DNA of 64,000 nt from Euprymna scolopes (taxonomy: Eukaryota), in NCBI GenBank assembly GCA_053919585.1, contig CM132819.1. One strand, written 5' to 3'. Under the pieces are notes generated by a model that had not been told where the DNA came from, ran no database searches, and was given only the letters and a program-made list of their open reading frames with translations. A program made the translations under genes and the position numbers. Below, one piece after another: positions 39,176-53,819 of the stretch (the first letter of the stretch is position 1; every line of letters begins with the position of its first letter).

Positions 39176-40006
39176 TGTAGTTTAATTCAAGTAATACAAA
39201 AATATCAATGTTCAATTAAAAATGCAAGAACTTTTTTTTTTTGTTGCCTCGGGAGATTTTTCCGATTTTAATACGCTAAAAATTCAATTTAATCTGAGAA
39301 ATTCCTTAGACCTGCGCATATTTCTTGATTAATATTTAAAATTTCTACGTGTATAAAATTAATCTATGAACACGCATGTTTCCATCTATCACTTGACTTC
39401 AACATGTTTTTACTGCTAAACACAAAACTTTATCAAATTTTATACACGATTTTATCGATTTTAAATATGAACTTTATTTTTTAACGATTTGATATGATAC
39501 CTTTAAAACCCTGTGTGTGTGTGTGTGTGCGCGTGTGTGTGTGCGCGTGTGTGTGCGTGTGTGTGCGTACATTGACCATTTCGGTAACAAACACTCTCGT
39601 CGTTTATTTTACTTTAATTCTATCTGTAAAGTACATAAACTGGTGTCTGTGTAACTAGAAGTCTAAATTTCTAGTTTTCTGCACCTCTTTCAATAACTTT
39701 TCAAAATGGATTTTTGCTACCATAACAGCAACTTTCTATTGACTTCTGGAAACAACGGTTGGTCTTCACTGGAATTTGAGTTGCAATAAGTCTCTTTTAT
39801 GTTCCACTACTCCTCGGTCATTCAATAGAGATCTGGTCAGTGCTTGACCCTTTACACCTGTTTTGTGTGGCTGTTATCAGTTTGTAAGATTTCTTGCAAT
39901 TTCACTTTCTTTACGATCACGTAGTGTTTCTTCCATCATTTTCTTTTCCTTCTCTTTTATTTGTCATTGTCGTAGTTTTTTTTTTACTTATGTTGGTTAG
40001 TGGATA

Positions 40007-40049
<43 letters not shown>

Positions 40050-41086
40050 TAGTTGCTTGCTGAGGTACGGCAGAATCAGGTAATCCCCGTGTTGATGGTC
40101 TCACAAAATCATAGATAGGACCTTATCCTCTCAACATGAAAAAATAGTACTTGGGAGGATGATATAACTCCAATTCCTATGCTACATTATCAGAAAATGA
40201 GGAGGTAATTTCCGGGAGGAAAGTCGTAAAACGGACATATGCTCCACTGCGACCTCAAACGAAGTTTTAATGGAAAGATGGTTTCAAGAGGATAAGACAG
40301 TTAATGAACTAACTCCCTTCCCCAAATCACATTTAGTAATAGATTACCATTAGTAGTAGTTGTAGTAGTCGTAGTAGTATTAGTAGTCGTAGTAGTAGTA
40401 GTAGTAACGCTAATATATAAATATGTACAGCGGCATTCACTTCAGTAATTATCTGAGATTATGATGATCGTCAATCGTTTGTGAAAATGATCCTTATCAC
40501 ACAGTTGGTTTGTTAGTTCAAATATGGCTCGTCAAGTCAGATTTGTGCCCTGATGTGAGACCCGAATGTAGGTCAACTGTGGAATGATTCTGCAAATCAC
40601 ACATTTCTTCTCGCGTTCATTAATACATGAGAATTAAGCAATCTTTGGCCTATTTAAGGATTGTAGAACTGTTTCCGCTTTCCTACGGTTTTTTTTTTCA
40701 CAGTTCAACGGTAAATAACTGTTTACATGGAACATATGATCCGAGACCGAAATTAAAATGTTTGCAGTATATTGTGTGCTGACGGAGGAGGGGTGGGATT
40801 GAACTGTATGGTATCTTGTCTTGCCATTGATTTTCATTAATCAATGGAGACAGTTTATGTGAAAAGGGTTCAATTTCGTTCGTGTCTTGCATATATAGAT
40901 GTACATAACAATGGTCAGAATCATAATTTCGTATATCTGAAGTTTGCTTTGCAGTCAAATCCCTCTACACAGTGGATTGGAGACGTTTAAACGCAGGGCT
41001 AACGTTGACTATCGTATTCGTCGTCTATGTTTATTGCTCCTGACAGAGTACTGCTAATGCACGCATACATACACAGGTACACCCAT

Positions 41087-41127
<41 letters not shown>

Positions 41128-41131
<4 letters not shown>

Positions 41132-41410
41132 GCAACCTTGGTTGAAGTGAGTGTTCCTAATGATGGAACGCTGAACAAAGCTGAAAGGGAGAAACAGACC
41201 AAATATCAAGGTCTTATGAAAAACAAAAACTAGAATCTTAAAGAGATATTAATCATACCAGTAATTATAGGTGTTACAGGGCTTATGAAGAAGAGCCTGA
41301 AGTCTCACCTAAATAATATTCCTGGTGAACCAAGTGCAAAAGAGATCCAAACAAATGCATTTAAGGAAACAACGAGGATACTAAAAAGAGCTCTCGGTTG
41401 GTTTTAATAA
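41128..41410 (+). mobile_element. R4/Dong-like (RLE-type) non-LTR retrotransposon 3' end abutting (GA)n
   Basis: LVEVSVPND..EREKQTKYQGL..IIPVIIGVTG..IQTNAFKETTRILKRAL then AATAAA, matching the restriction-like endonuclease C-terminus pattern. Confidence 0.7.
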
Positions 41411-41852
41411 AACACAGGGCAATGTTGGCAGCTGGGCTGGCTGCCCCATACACAGCGTTACAATCTTCAAAGGAAGACATTTTTTTAAAAAATTACGCTG
41501 GGTATTAAGCATCATTTAATAAATATTACCCAACTTTCAGTTCTGCTGGAGTATTTTAAAGCATTTTAGAAAAGAATATAAAAACGCCACCTCATTAGAA
41601 AAATCGAATATTTTAGATTTGCATTGAATTTGATCCATAATTATTCCAATTTTGCAAGATTCTTAAATTGATATCTTTATAAGATCCCTTCAGAACTAAA
41701 ATTTTAAACAGTTCTCTAATCAATATTATTTAATTAATATTTATTAAAATTATAATATTTAGTATACTTAAATTTTGTTTTTTTTATCTCCCCTGAAAGA
41801 CATTGCAAAACTGTTCTAATCGACGTATGATCCTTACATATGTTTCTAGTAA

Positions 41853-42628
41853 TATCTATATAATTATAAAACTTAAATGACCTTGTAACGATGTATGTAA
41901 CCCACTTTACGGTTTACGACATCCGGTTGCGCATGCGTGCATGACCTGCGCACTGAAATATTAACGTTATTATTTCGAAATTATTATTTAACATGGGAAG
42001 AGTGGGGTTTTAAATAACTTAAACGTAATACAGAAATGAACGATGTAAAAAAAAAAGCAGACAGTATTAACAATTATTTATTTGGATAATTTAAACGCGA
42101 AAGAACAAAACAAAAGAACAATTCGGAAGCTGAAATATTAACGTTTTATTTCAAAATTATTATTTAACATGGAAAGAGTGGGGGTTAAAATAAACAAAAA
42201 ACAAAAGAACAATTGGGACGCTGAAATATTAACGTTGTTATTTCGAAATTATTATTTAACATGGGAAGAGTGGGGTTTAAAATAACTTAAACGTAATATA
42301 GAAATGAACGATGTAAAAAAGCAGATATATCAAAATTTGAATTAAACTATAATAAGTATTATGGTATCTGTTTACTGCACATTTACCTATAAGTATGGCC
42401 AACCACTTATAATTCAGTAACTGATTTTTTTTCTAAAATAATCAATTATACTAAATAGAACGACTCATAGAAATCTATCTATATTCTTTTTTCATTTTAA
42501 TATACTTCCATAGAAATGTTTCTGTTATGTCAAAAAATTGTTTTTTCTTTACGTCACAAGTGTCACGCTCATACATGAATTCCATAGCTAATATAGCATA
42601 CTGACCCAGCAGGTCATGGGTAGTATAG

Positions 42629-42630
<2 letters not shown>
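41853..42630 (+). mobile_element. Helitron-like element with internal triplication
   Basis: CTGAAATATTAACGTT..GAGTGGGG block repeated three times (41953, 42130, 42221). Confidence 0.65.
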
Positions 42631-42715
<85 letters not shown>

Positions 42716-43075
42716 CTTAGTGAGTTAGAAGAGCGTAAGTTCGATTCTATATGAGGAGACTTATCTGGATAATATTAAGCTCAACAAGTTTCATTGGAGT
42801 TTATATAGGAAAACAATGAGATTGGAAAATTAAGTTAGACAAACTTTATATTGGTAAATATAGAATGGTTCATTTATTAAATAAGGGTATACAAATATTT
42901 AGTTGAAGGATAGAGGGAACTCTTTATGGGAAGGCATTTCGAAGCCTAATGCTTCTCAAATGAAGAGTAGAGAAGATGCTAGGTAGCATAATGAGGATGC
43001 GAGGTCTAGCGTGGGATTCATCAGGAACGAAATAGATCAATAAAATTATAGAGTTATAGATACTGTTGGGGGAAT

Positions 43076-43119
<44 letters not shown>

Positions 43120-44935
43120 TAATAATAATAATATATATATATATATATAATGTTTGTCTCCAAATTATAAATGTTTAAACAAATACTAATTAATTTTATT
43201 TATTATAGACATCAATCACGCTGAATGTGTTCGATAGTGAATAATTATTTGTATACAAAATTGATAAAATGTCCTTATTAGGGAATGACATTAATAAATC
43301 TGACCATAGTGACGCCATATGTGCTCGCAAAGAAATATGAAATGACATCAACCCAACATATATGATATTGGGGCCCGCAGGAACTCATTTGAGCTAGGGT
43401 GTCCGCATGCTACGAATGTTAGCTCATTTATATGTCTTAAGAGAAACAAATATAAATGTATTTTCTTTCGTTTTTGCTGATTTTCATTTTTTTAATTTTC
43501 TTTTTTTCGTAAAGTGTAAGCTGACAGACTCTACACTTAGTAAGTGCACATATTTTGCTCGAACGTTTTCACATGAGAAATAAAAAAAGTATTGGTGAAT
43601 GAATTACCCATATTAGAAACGATCCTTTGAAAACAGATGCATGGTAATATGCAGTAACAACTTTATTTCGAAAACCGTTGTCCTTCGAGTTGATTTTACG
43701 GAAAAAATGTGACTGGTCATACACTGCATGGTTATCTGACAATAAGAAACACACAGTAATGACCTGTCACATCTAAACCGAGTCCAAGAATATCTTCTGG
43801 TTCGGGCCAAGATTTTCTGTTGCATTTCTTCGGTGACAATAATGCGGTTTCGAGTTACAGCCTCTTTTTTTTACAGGAACTACACCAGTTTTGAGTTACA
43901 GAATCTTTAACTGTGAAAATAAGCGATTTTCAGTTACAGTTTCTTTTTCTCGTTAAATGTAGTATTTTTTAGAGAATTTTTCCCCGATGGGTCTTTACTA
44001 GGTGTGAGTTAAAAGATCCCCCCGAGACCATGCGATTGTTTTGAGTTAGTCATTTCCCGTTGACAATATGGCTCTGCAGTTGCATAATTGTTTCCAGTGA
44101 CCATACGGCGATTTTGAGTTACATGTAAACAGTTCCCAAGTATATTATCTTCTGGTTTGGACCTCTATTTTCTGTAACATTTCTTCGGTGACAATAAGGT
44201 GAGTTGGAGTTGAAGGTTTATTTTTTTTTTTTTTACAAGAAGTTTTGAGTTACATAATGTCTTCCGCTGAAAATAGACGGTTTTGAGTTACATTTTTCTG
44301 ATGAAAATACGTTATTCTTGCGTTACAGTATGACGGATGTGACTTACAAGATTTTTACTCCATTGTCATACGGCAGGAATTTTTTTTTATTTTACATAGG
44401 CATAACAACTTATCAAAGCCCAGAAGCCACTCGAGGATAAGGGTTAAAGAGTGTACAGTAGTCAATTGGACAATATAGTAATCGTTAGTAATGGAACTCC
44501 GGTAAATGTCTTAACTCAAGTGGAACGGCCCGTCAAGGACTTGTTTACGTTGGACTTGATGACAACCATATCGTAGTCAGCTGGAAAGCAGGAAAACGGA
44601 AGACAGTTCAACAGGTGTGCAGTACTAGGAAAGAAGCTTTGTTCATGGAATCTACGTTTAGGTTTAGGCACAGATAAAGAATGGGTGTATTATTGATAGT
44701 GTTTACAGATAGACGAGTGTATCTTGTGAAAGTTTGTCGATGGTGGACCATATATTGAAGCTCATTTACGTTTCTTTCAATCAAATGACGACATCTAATT
44801 GCAAGACAACTATGACACACTATTCTCTGTCTGTCTATATATCTATTCATCTCTCCTTCTGTCTTTTTCCATCTATCTATCTATATATCTATCTATGTAT
44901 GTTTTTATGCGTTTTGATTGATACTATTTGCTTCT

Positions 44936-47490
44936 GCGATTTCATATTATAGGATATACAATACGACGATTTCATATTATAGGATATACAATACGACGAT
45001 TTCATATTATAGGATATACAATACGACGATTTCATATTATAGGATATACAATACAACGATTTCATATAATAGGATATACAATACGACGATTTCATATTAT
45101 AGGATATACAATAGGACGATTTCATATTATAGGATATACAATACAACGATTTCATATTATAGGATATACAATACAACGATTTCATATAATAGGATATACA
45201 ATACGACGATTTCATATTATAGGATATACAATACAACGATTTCATATTATAGGATATACAATCCAACGATTTCATATAATAGGATATACAATACGACGAT
45301 TTCATATTATAGGATATACAATACGACGATTTCATATTATAGGATATACAATACGACGATTTCATATAATAAGATATACAATACGACGATTTCATATAAT
45401 AGGATATACAATACGACGATTTCATATAATAAGATATACAATACAACGATTTCATATAATAAGATATACAATACAACGATTTCATATAATAAGATATACA
45501 ATACAACGATTTCATATAATAGGATATACAATACAACGATTTCATATAATAAGATATACAATACAACGATTTCATATAATAGGATATACAATACGACGAT
45601 TTCATATTATAGGATATACAATACGACGATTTCATATTATAGGATATACAATACAACGATTTCATATATAGGATATACAATACGACGATTTCATATTATA
45701 GGATATACACTAGGACGATTTCATATATAGGATATACAATACGACGATTTCATATTATATGATATACAATACGACGATTTCATATTATAGGATATACAAT
45801 ACAACGATTTCATATAATAGGATATACAATACGACGATTTCATATAATAAGATATACAATACGTCGATTTCATATTATAGGATATACAATACGACGATTT
45901 CATATTATAGGATATAGAATACAACGATTTCATATAATAGGATATACAATACGACGATTTCATATAATAAGATATACAATACGACGATTTCATATTATAG
46001 GATATACAATAGGACGATTTCATATATAGGATATACAATACGTCGATTTCATATTATAGGATATACAATACGACGATTTCATATTATAGGATATACAATA
46101 CAACGATTTCATATATAGGATATACAATACGACGATTTCATATATAGGATATACAATACGTCGATTTCATATTATAGGATATACAATACGACGATTATAT
46201 ATCATAGGATATACAATACAACGATTTCATATTATAGGATATACAATACAACGATTTCATATTATAGGATATACAATACGACGATTTCATATTATAGGAT
46301 ATACAATACGACGATTTCATATTATAGGATATAAAATAGGACGATTTCATATTATAGGATATACAATACAACGATTTCATATTATAGGATATACAATACG
46401 ACGATTTCATATTATAGGATATACAATACGACGATTTCATATTATAGGATATACAATACGACGATTTCATATTATAGGATATACAATACAACGATTTCAT
46501 ATTATAGGATATACAATACAACGATTTCATATAATAGGATATACAATACGACGATTTCATATTATAGGATATACAATACAACGATTTCATATTATAGGAT
46601 ATACAATACGACGATTTCATATAATAAGATATACAATACGACGATTTCATATAATAAGATATACAATACGACGATTTCATATAATAAGATATACAATACG
46701 ACGATTTCATATAATAAGATATACAATACAACGATTTCATATAATAAAATATACAATACAACGATCTCATATAATAAGATATACAATACAACGATTTCAT
46801 ATAATAAGATATACAATACAACGATTTCATATAATAAGATATACAATACAACGATTTCATATACTAGGATATACAATACGACGATTTCATATTATAGGAT
46901 ATACAATACGACGATTTCATATTATAGGATATACAATACAGCGATTTCATATTATAGCATATACAATACGACGATTTCATATTATAGGATATACAATACG
47001 ACGATTTCATATTATAGGATATACAATACAACGATTTCATATAATAAGATATACAATACGACGATTTCATATAATAAGATATACAATACGACGATTTCAT
47101 ATTATAGGATATACAATACGACGATTTCATATTATAGGATATACAATACAACGATTTCATATTATAGCATATACAATACGACGATTTCATATTATAGGAT
47201 ATACAATACGTCGATTTCATATTATAGGATATACAATACGTCGATTTCATATTATAGGATATACAATACGTCGATTTCATATTATAGGATATACAATACG
47301 ACGATTTCATATAATAGGATATACAATACGACGATTTCATATTATAGGATATACAATACGACGATTTCATATTATAGGATATACAATACGACGATTTCAT
47401 ATTATAGGATATACAATACGACGATTTCATATTATAGGATATACAATACGATGATTTCATATAATAAGATATTTCATATTATAGGATATA
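44936..47490. repeat. 30-bp minisatellite, ~85 copies (GATTTCATATTATAGGATATACAATACGAC)
   Basis: Directly visible; it explains the decapeptide-repeat ORFs on both strands. Confidence 0.97.
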
Positions 47491-47629
47491 CATCGTCGTA
47501 TTGTATATCCTATCATATATGCGAATTTATACTTTTATGTGACGTCCTCTCTCATTTTTGTAAAGCGTTGTGTTATTTTGCGTTTCAAACATTTCTTTGT
47601 CAATACATTTATAAGTTTAATGTTGTTAT

Positions 47630-47890
47630 ATAAATTCTGAATTAACTTTTCAAACAACACCCTATCTTCCTTGTACGTTTAGTTCAGGTCATATTTTTCT
47701 GTTAGTCGTTTCTGACTGTGCTAGCGTATGCGGAGACGTTTAGATGACTAGACATTTTAAATCTCTTTTAGTCATCTAAACGTCTTTTCATACAATAGCA
47801 CAGTCAGAAACGCCTAACAGAAAAATATGACCTTAACTAAAGCCTATGGAAAGATATAGAATATCGTTGAAAGGTTGATTCGGAATTTAT
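47630..47890. mobile_element. ~260-bp palindromic MITE / fold-back element
   Basis: Imperfect inverted arms of ~120 bp around a ~20-bp centre (GACGTTTAGATGACTA / TAGTCATCTAAACGTC). Confidence 0.75.
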
Positions 47891-49462
47891 AGAACTAAAT
47901 TTACTCTAGACTAATAGGCTGGTGTGACTGAAATTTTGTAGGAAACTTTGCAGCGAACTAAGTATTATCGTATCCGTTTTATTTATAGTCAGGGATCAAT
48001 AAATATTAGGAGGGCCCATGGAATTTCCAAAGTATGAGAAATATATTAAATCAACAACTGTTTTGATGAAGCATATATTTTTCTGAATAGTACAAAAAAT
48101 AGTTTTGGACAGAAAAACTAATAACAGACAGTAATATAAGTTTAACATTTCTATGAAAATAGTCTTCATTGTATCTTAAATAATAGAATTGATCCATAGG
48201 AGATAAATTAATAAGTACTAATAAATACTCAGAAAGTAATATTGTGCTACATAGTTCAATACAAATAAAATCATATTGTAAGAGAGTCCTTAATTTACTC
48301 TTTCAGTTAAGGAACTATAGGCAAATAATGTTTTTGCCAGGTTTCTTTCAAATTTTCCCTATTTGTATGCGACGTCTCACTTATATATTACTATAGTAAA
48401 AAGTCGCGACACGTAGAAATCACTGTGAGTTCCTTTCTCACACCATTCCAACAATGCTTATATATTACTAAACCGACATTTTTAAACTGGACTAAATCAA
48501 AGGGAGGTCACTCATATTTTGGCCCAGGTTGCCAGATTAGGTTTTGAAATCGCAGCTTTGTTGATTTGTTCTTTATTGTGTACTTTTGCTTTCAGAATTA
48601 TGTCTGGTCTTTTTCAAATCGTAACTTAGAAACTTAAAAATAAAGTAAAACACACAATCTCTACTTTTTATATAAAAAGGAACTTTCTTTGCTGTGTGTG
48701 TGAGTTCGTTCCCTATGGACTCAAAAATCGCTAGGCTAATTTTGATGAAATTGTATACGAAAATGCTTTATGTGTCGTGACGTAGTTTTACCTACGTTTT
48801 GTATCAGAACGTTTAAAGTATCGATAATCGATAGTCGAAATAATCCGCCGAAAACAGGAATAGGCGATTTTGACCAAATTCACATCATACATAGCCAACC
48901 ATCACAAGTTCCTTTGAGTTTTCTTATCGCACAATTCAAAAGCCCGACATATAAATCGTTAGGTTCTTTAATATGACAAGAGCGCGTTCGAAATACATTC
49001 TTCTGTTCAAAGCAATATTGCGCTATGATATTTGACTTTTATATATTAAACTTTATTCAAGCTATTATCACTGCACAAGTCCAAGCTTATAAAAATCAAG
49101 GATAGGTTCTTTGATATGACAGTGGCGCGTTCGAAATGTTTTTACTGTTTAGAGCATAATTGAAGTATGATACTTGAATCTTAGATTTTAAACTTTAATT
49201 TAAGCCATTTTATAGAATTTGTAAAAATAAAATCACCATTAATTTCCTTACAGTTCAATGCAAACTACAATGTATTGTGGACTAAGTCAGTGCGATAGAT
49301 ACGTGAGCTTCGTCCCGCGAGGAGTCTCCAACTAGCGCAGGCAATTAATCGAGTTGATTGAAAAATGCGCGATTTCACCAATTTCGTTGACAACAAAAAT
49401 ATGGGAGTGCAATATAAGTGGACCATTTTTCAGTGGCAGGCAACGTCGAGACACCCTGCTAA

Positions 49463-49901
49463 TCTATATATCTATAAAAGTGAATGTGTCTGTGCGTGTG
49501 TGTCTGTGTACATGTCCCTACGCAATAATTCTGTCAATTTTAATCTACAGACTCAAAAATTGATATACAGGGTACTGAAATTTGGGAAAATCTTTGTAAT
49601 CCGTTTTCGGACAGAACTTTGGCTGTTAAGGGGTCAAAGTGCAACGATTTGACCTTTGAGAACTCTACCAAACTCCTCCGCCAATTTTGGGTTTAGACAC
49701 TTATAATTTTAGATATAGATTTCTTGGACATTGATCTAACTTAATAACTTGATCTGAGCCCCAAACAATAAATGTTAAGGGGTCATAATAGGGGTCAAAT
49801 TTTAAAAAAATTGACCGCTGTTGTTTTATTGTCTTTGTTTTGTTTTGTTTTTTTCAACATACACCTCCAAACATCCGGGCAACGCCGGGTTGAAATGCTA
49901 G
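49463..49901 (+). mobile_element. Non-autonomous Helitron (family A), full length
   Basis: A|TC start, CCGGGCAACGCCGGG hairpin, CTAG|T end. Confidence 0.85.
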
Positions 49902-50063
49902 TATTATAAAGATTAGTATTAAATTAAAAAATGAGAACAGGAGTATACATATTCCACCATGAATTTTGTATAGAGTACTCATTTTAAGCTATCAAGCTAT
50001 AACTTTTGGCAGATGTAAACCGGTTAAAATGTCCAGTTTATTGACTATGTTGTTACAAAATGG

Positions 50064-50109
<46 letters not shown>

Positions 50110-50739
50110 GAGTAAACGTGGAGTGTAGACACGTTTACCAGAACCGAGGGTCAGCTGACCAGATTACGTATGAGTGAAGTGGTCAGGTTGGCTAGATCTG
50201 TGATATTTGATTTGGACACAGAAGACAACGGACGGCTTCCCGTTGTTTCCTCCTCTCCACGGGGTGGGGGGGGTACGAACGCTGACGTGTGTAGAAGAAG
50301 AACCCACACAGGCCGATTTAACTTCCACCTTCTGCAGGACCTGGAGAAAGTGAAATAAAAACTATAAAACTAATTCCTTGTCTTGGAGTGATTGAATCTT
50401 CATCCAAGAACAGGTATCAAGTCTCCCTCCAGGATGAGAAATTTCCAGATGGTCCAACATCGAAGAAGCAGAGGTAGGTTCTGAAAATACATGTCACTCA
50501 CACACGATTCCCTTTATGATAATCAAACACACAACCCTTTATATTGGAGACAATCATACGCACACGGAATCCTTTTATGTTATACACCAAACGTCGATTT
50601 GGTGCCCCTCTATGATAACCCTAGTGAGAACTTCAATAATAACTCTATGTAACAATGTGCTTATTAATAAAGTTGCAACTTTGCAAACATAATTAACGAA
50701 TATCATCTGAAACGTTGACTGTGCGATGAGATATTTATA

Positions 50740-51430
50740 CAGGATCGAACGATAAAACGGTCGCCATAACGAAACACACTGAAGCTTTATTTTAAAACTT
50801 ATTGAAGAAAAAAAATCAATTCAGCTAACTTGATTATGTAGTAGAGCTAACATCTTTTCAATCTAGCCGTCTTCAACACCAATCACTTCATCGATACGGG
50901 TTCGGAATTGGGAACATGTTTTTCCCACAAGCACAGGCGTGAGCTCCGCGGATACTCGACAGATGGCAGCGATCATGCTGGCTTTCGTGTTGTGGGACGC
51001 CATGTTGGTGATGCTCCTTACGTATAACAAAACGAAATAGTCCAGCAATTTAAAGTCGGAGGGTCGGAGGGGGCCAGTGAGAGAAGAGTACAATGTCGTA
51101 GCACTCCTTCTGAAGCCAAGCCTGAGTGTCTTTGAACTTGTGAACCGCCGTCGGGTCTTGCTGCCACACCCAGAGTCTACTATCGGCCAGCTAATTGAAT
51201 CAAGGGATCATTCCATACATCAGCAGATCCAAGTACACAATATGGTTGACTTTCAAGCCGACTTCGAAGGTTAGGTTGCATGATGTAGGCCTTACGTGAA
51301 ACTATACCAGAGACAATAACCGTGGTCGCCCGATACGTTGAGTTGTGCTCTAAAGCGTTGAACCGTCCGGATTTGCATTTTGAGGGAGCTGGCAATGGTT
51401 CTGTCCTTATAACTTGCAGCAGTAAAAACC
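50740..51430 (-). mobile_element. Tc1/mariner (maT/DD37D-like) transposase relic
   Basis: GLKVN..VYLDLL..WVWQQD..VHK..TQAWL..HWP..LLDYFV..HNTKASMIAAI..FRTRIDEVI with stops and frameshifts; TA-CAGG terminus at 50740. Confidence 0.8.
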
Positions 51431-52218
51431 ATGGGCTGCACAGTGGCGCATCTCTAATCTTGCTCGTTGAACATTGTCTTCATTTTCAGACATAATAGAA
51501 GGTGTATATCGCTCTTGGGATTTGTACACAACTGGTAAACTATTGGATGGTTTGAAAAACAATCAATGTTCATCAAACGGAAATGGAACCATGTCCTTTC
51601 TAGAGCGACAATTTTATCGTTCTCCACTGTATTAAAAAGAGTCTCACAATCTTCATCTGAAAGTTTGATGATAGTTTTTAGATGCATGGAAACATTCAAG
51701 ACACTTATTAACATACTAACGTTTATAACTATCCTAATTATTGTTAATGTATTTGGTTTTATTTTCATGTGCTAGCGTGTATAGATTTGGCACTTAAGAT
51801 CCTTCCATGAAATAGTGTCTGACAGGCTTTTCGAAAACAATAAACATCAATTAGGATAACTGAATTACAGGATTAAACTAAATTAGCGACAAACGGTACA
51901 CCGTATTTTAACGCGGTTGAAAGATGTTCGGTAACGAAGGAGGGGGCGACGCAAGTTTTAAATTTCAATTATCGATTTTTCAAAAAACAACGCTAAGCTG
52001 TTACAAAAGTTCTAAATTGGAGTTGAGCTTTACAATGTATGTTTGTTCAACTTTAATAGTTTATCTTCACGGCGTGTCTTTGTATTACAGTATTTTCTGA
52101 AAATATTACATGCTGTATTCTCTTTTCGCAGTTTCGGAGTTAAACCTATAAAAGAACATAAATATTGACTTAAAAGTAAGAGTCGTTGCCCCTGTTTATT
52201 TTTCTTGTTGATGATTAG

Positions 52219-52389
52219 TAGGGATATGACAACAGTATATTCTTTTCATTGCTTTTACTCTCGAGTATATATCCGACACAGTAAATCAACTAAAAATCAC
52301 ATCACTCTATACAAAAGCATATAAGATATCAACGGATACACACTCGAGAGTCAAAACAATGAAAAGAATTTGCTTGTGTCCAAGCACTA
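52219..52389. mobile_element. hAT-type MITE copy
   Basis: TIRs; near-perfect 8-bp TSD ATGATTAG/ATGATGAG. Confidence 0.75.
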
Positions 52390-52747
52390 ATGATGAGCTA
52401 AACTCTTTATATAGATTATCTGTGTCGGACTTGGTAATTCCAGAAATAAAACCGAGTAAAGTATGTTAGTTATAAAGGATTCAACAGTACTATGTTTCGG
52501 TGTTAAACATGTTTAATATAAGTGCCCTCACATTCAGTGCTTTTGAGTAAACAATACTGTTTATATTTATAGTTAACCACTTAACAAAAAATATATAAAA
52601 AAAAACAACTAGATGACAAACGTTAGTGAAACTTTATGATGGATAATGGAACAATAAATGCTAAAGCAATGAATGAAATGATTACCTCAAATGAAAACTC
52701 AACAAGTATCTATTTACATTGGACATTGCAGTGAACCATGATCTAAA

Positions 52748-53146
52748 TCTATATATAAAAGTGAACATGTCTGTCTGTCTGTGTCTGTGTACATTTCCCT
52801 ACGCAATAACTCTGTTAATTTTAAGTCTACAGACTCGAAATTTTATATACAGAGTACTGAGATTTGGGAAAATCTTTGTAATCCGTTTTCGGCCAGAAAT
52901 GTGGCTGTTAAGGCCTCAAATTTCAACGAATAGACTTTTGAGAACTCTATCAAACTCCTCAATCAAGTTTGGGTCTAAACACTTGGAATTTTAGATATAG
53001 GTTCCTTGGACATGGATATAAAATAACTTGATTTGAGCCCAAAATAATAAATGTTAAGTGGTCATAAATTGGGTCAAATTTAAAAAAAATTGACCGCCTT
53101 TTTTTTTTTTTTTGCTCCACATACACCTCCAGGCTGAAATGCTGGT
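52748..53146 (+). mobile_element. Family-A Helitron copy lacking the subterminal hairpin
   Basis: Homologous to 49463-49901. Confidence 0.7.
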
Positions 53147-53449
53147 ATTGCATATTTCCAAATCAGATTCTAGAATTGATCATCGCTATTCTCATACTGA
53201 ACAATGTAAGGAAAGATTTAATACTGTCATTTCTTTGTTACTTGTATCGTCTCCAGAATTACAAGCCTTGAATTATGGTAAAAATGTCATATTTACCCTT
53301 TAATGAATCCATGATAGTTCAATAGTTGTGTCAAGTTCCAAGACCTGTCACCTCAGAAGAATATCTAAAACTAGAGTTAATGCTTTGAGCTTCTGAGAGG
53401 CATTTACCACGATACTTTGTCGCGTGAAGTGAAATTACACGCACACACA

Positions 53450-53506
<57 letters not shown>

Positions 53507-53819
53507 TATGTCGTTGACATAAAAATATGTTCAAGAGAAAATAATTATGTATTGATTTCAGTAAATGTAAGTAAATTATTTAATGACATAAAAATAAAAA
53601 TATAACGAACGGGTTTACTTCGTACATCTCATTTCGTCTTTCACATAACATGGTTCCGGTTGAAGTAGGCAGCCATCATGTAGAAAGACTTCGATTATGC
53701 TAGGATATTTACTAATTTTAAATGAATTTTCATTCAAATTTTTGTTTCGCAATCTCTTCTCGGCGGCGATCACACTATTTAACCAATAATCTTCTTTTTT
53801 TTAATTACATTTTCACCCC

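Noticed and set aside
43790-44330. CRISPR-like recurrence of TTTTGAGTTACA with variable spacers
   Set aside because: Eukaryotic context, no cas genes, irregular spacing and mutually related spacers; it is an old degenerate tandem repeat.
44889-47460. Long repetitive ORFs (MKSSYCISYN, RRFHIIGYTI)
   Set aside because: Translations of a stop-poor 30-bp minisatellite in several frames on both strands.
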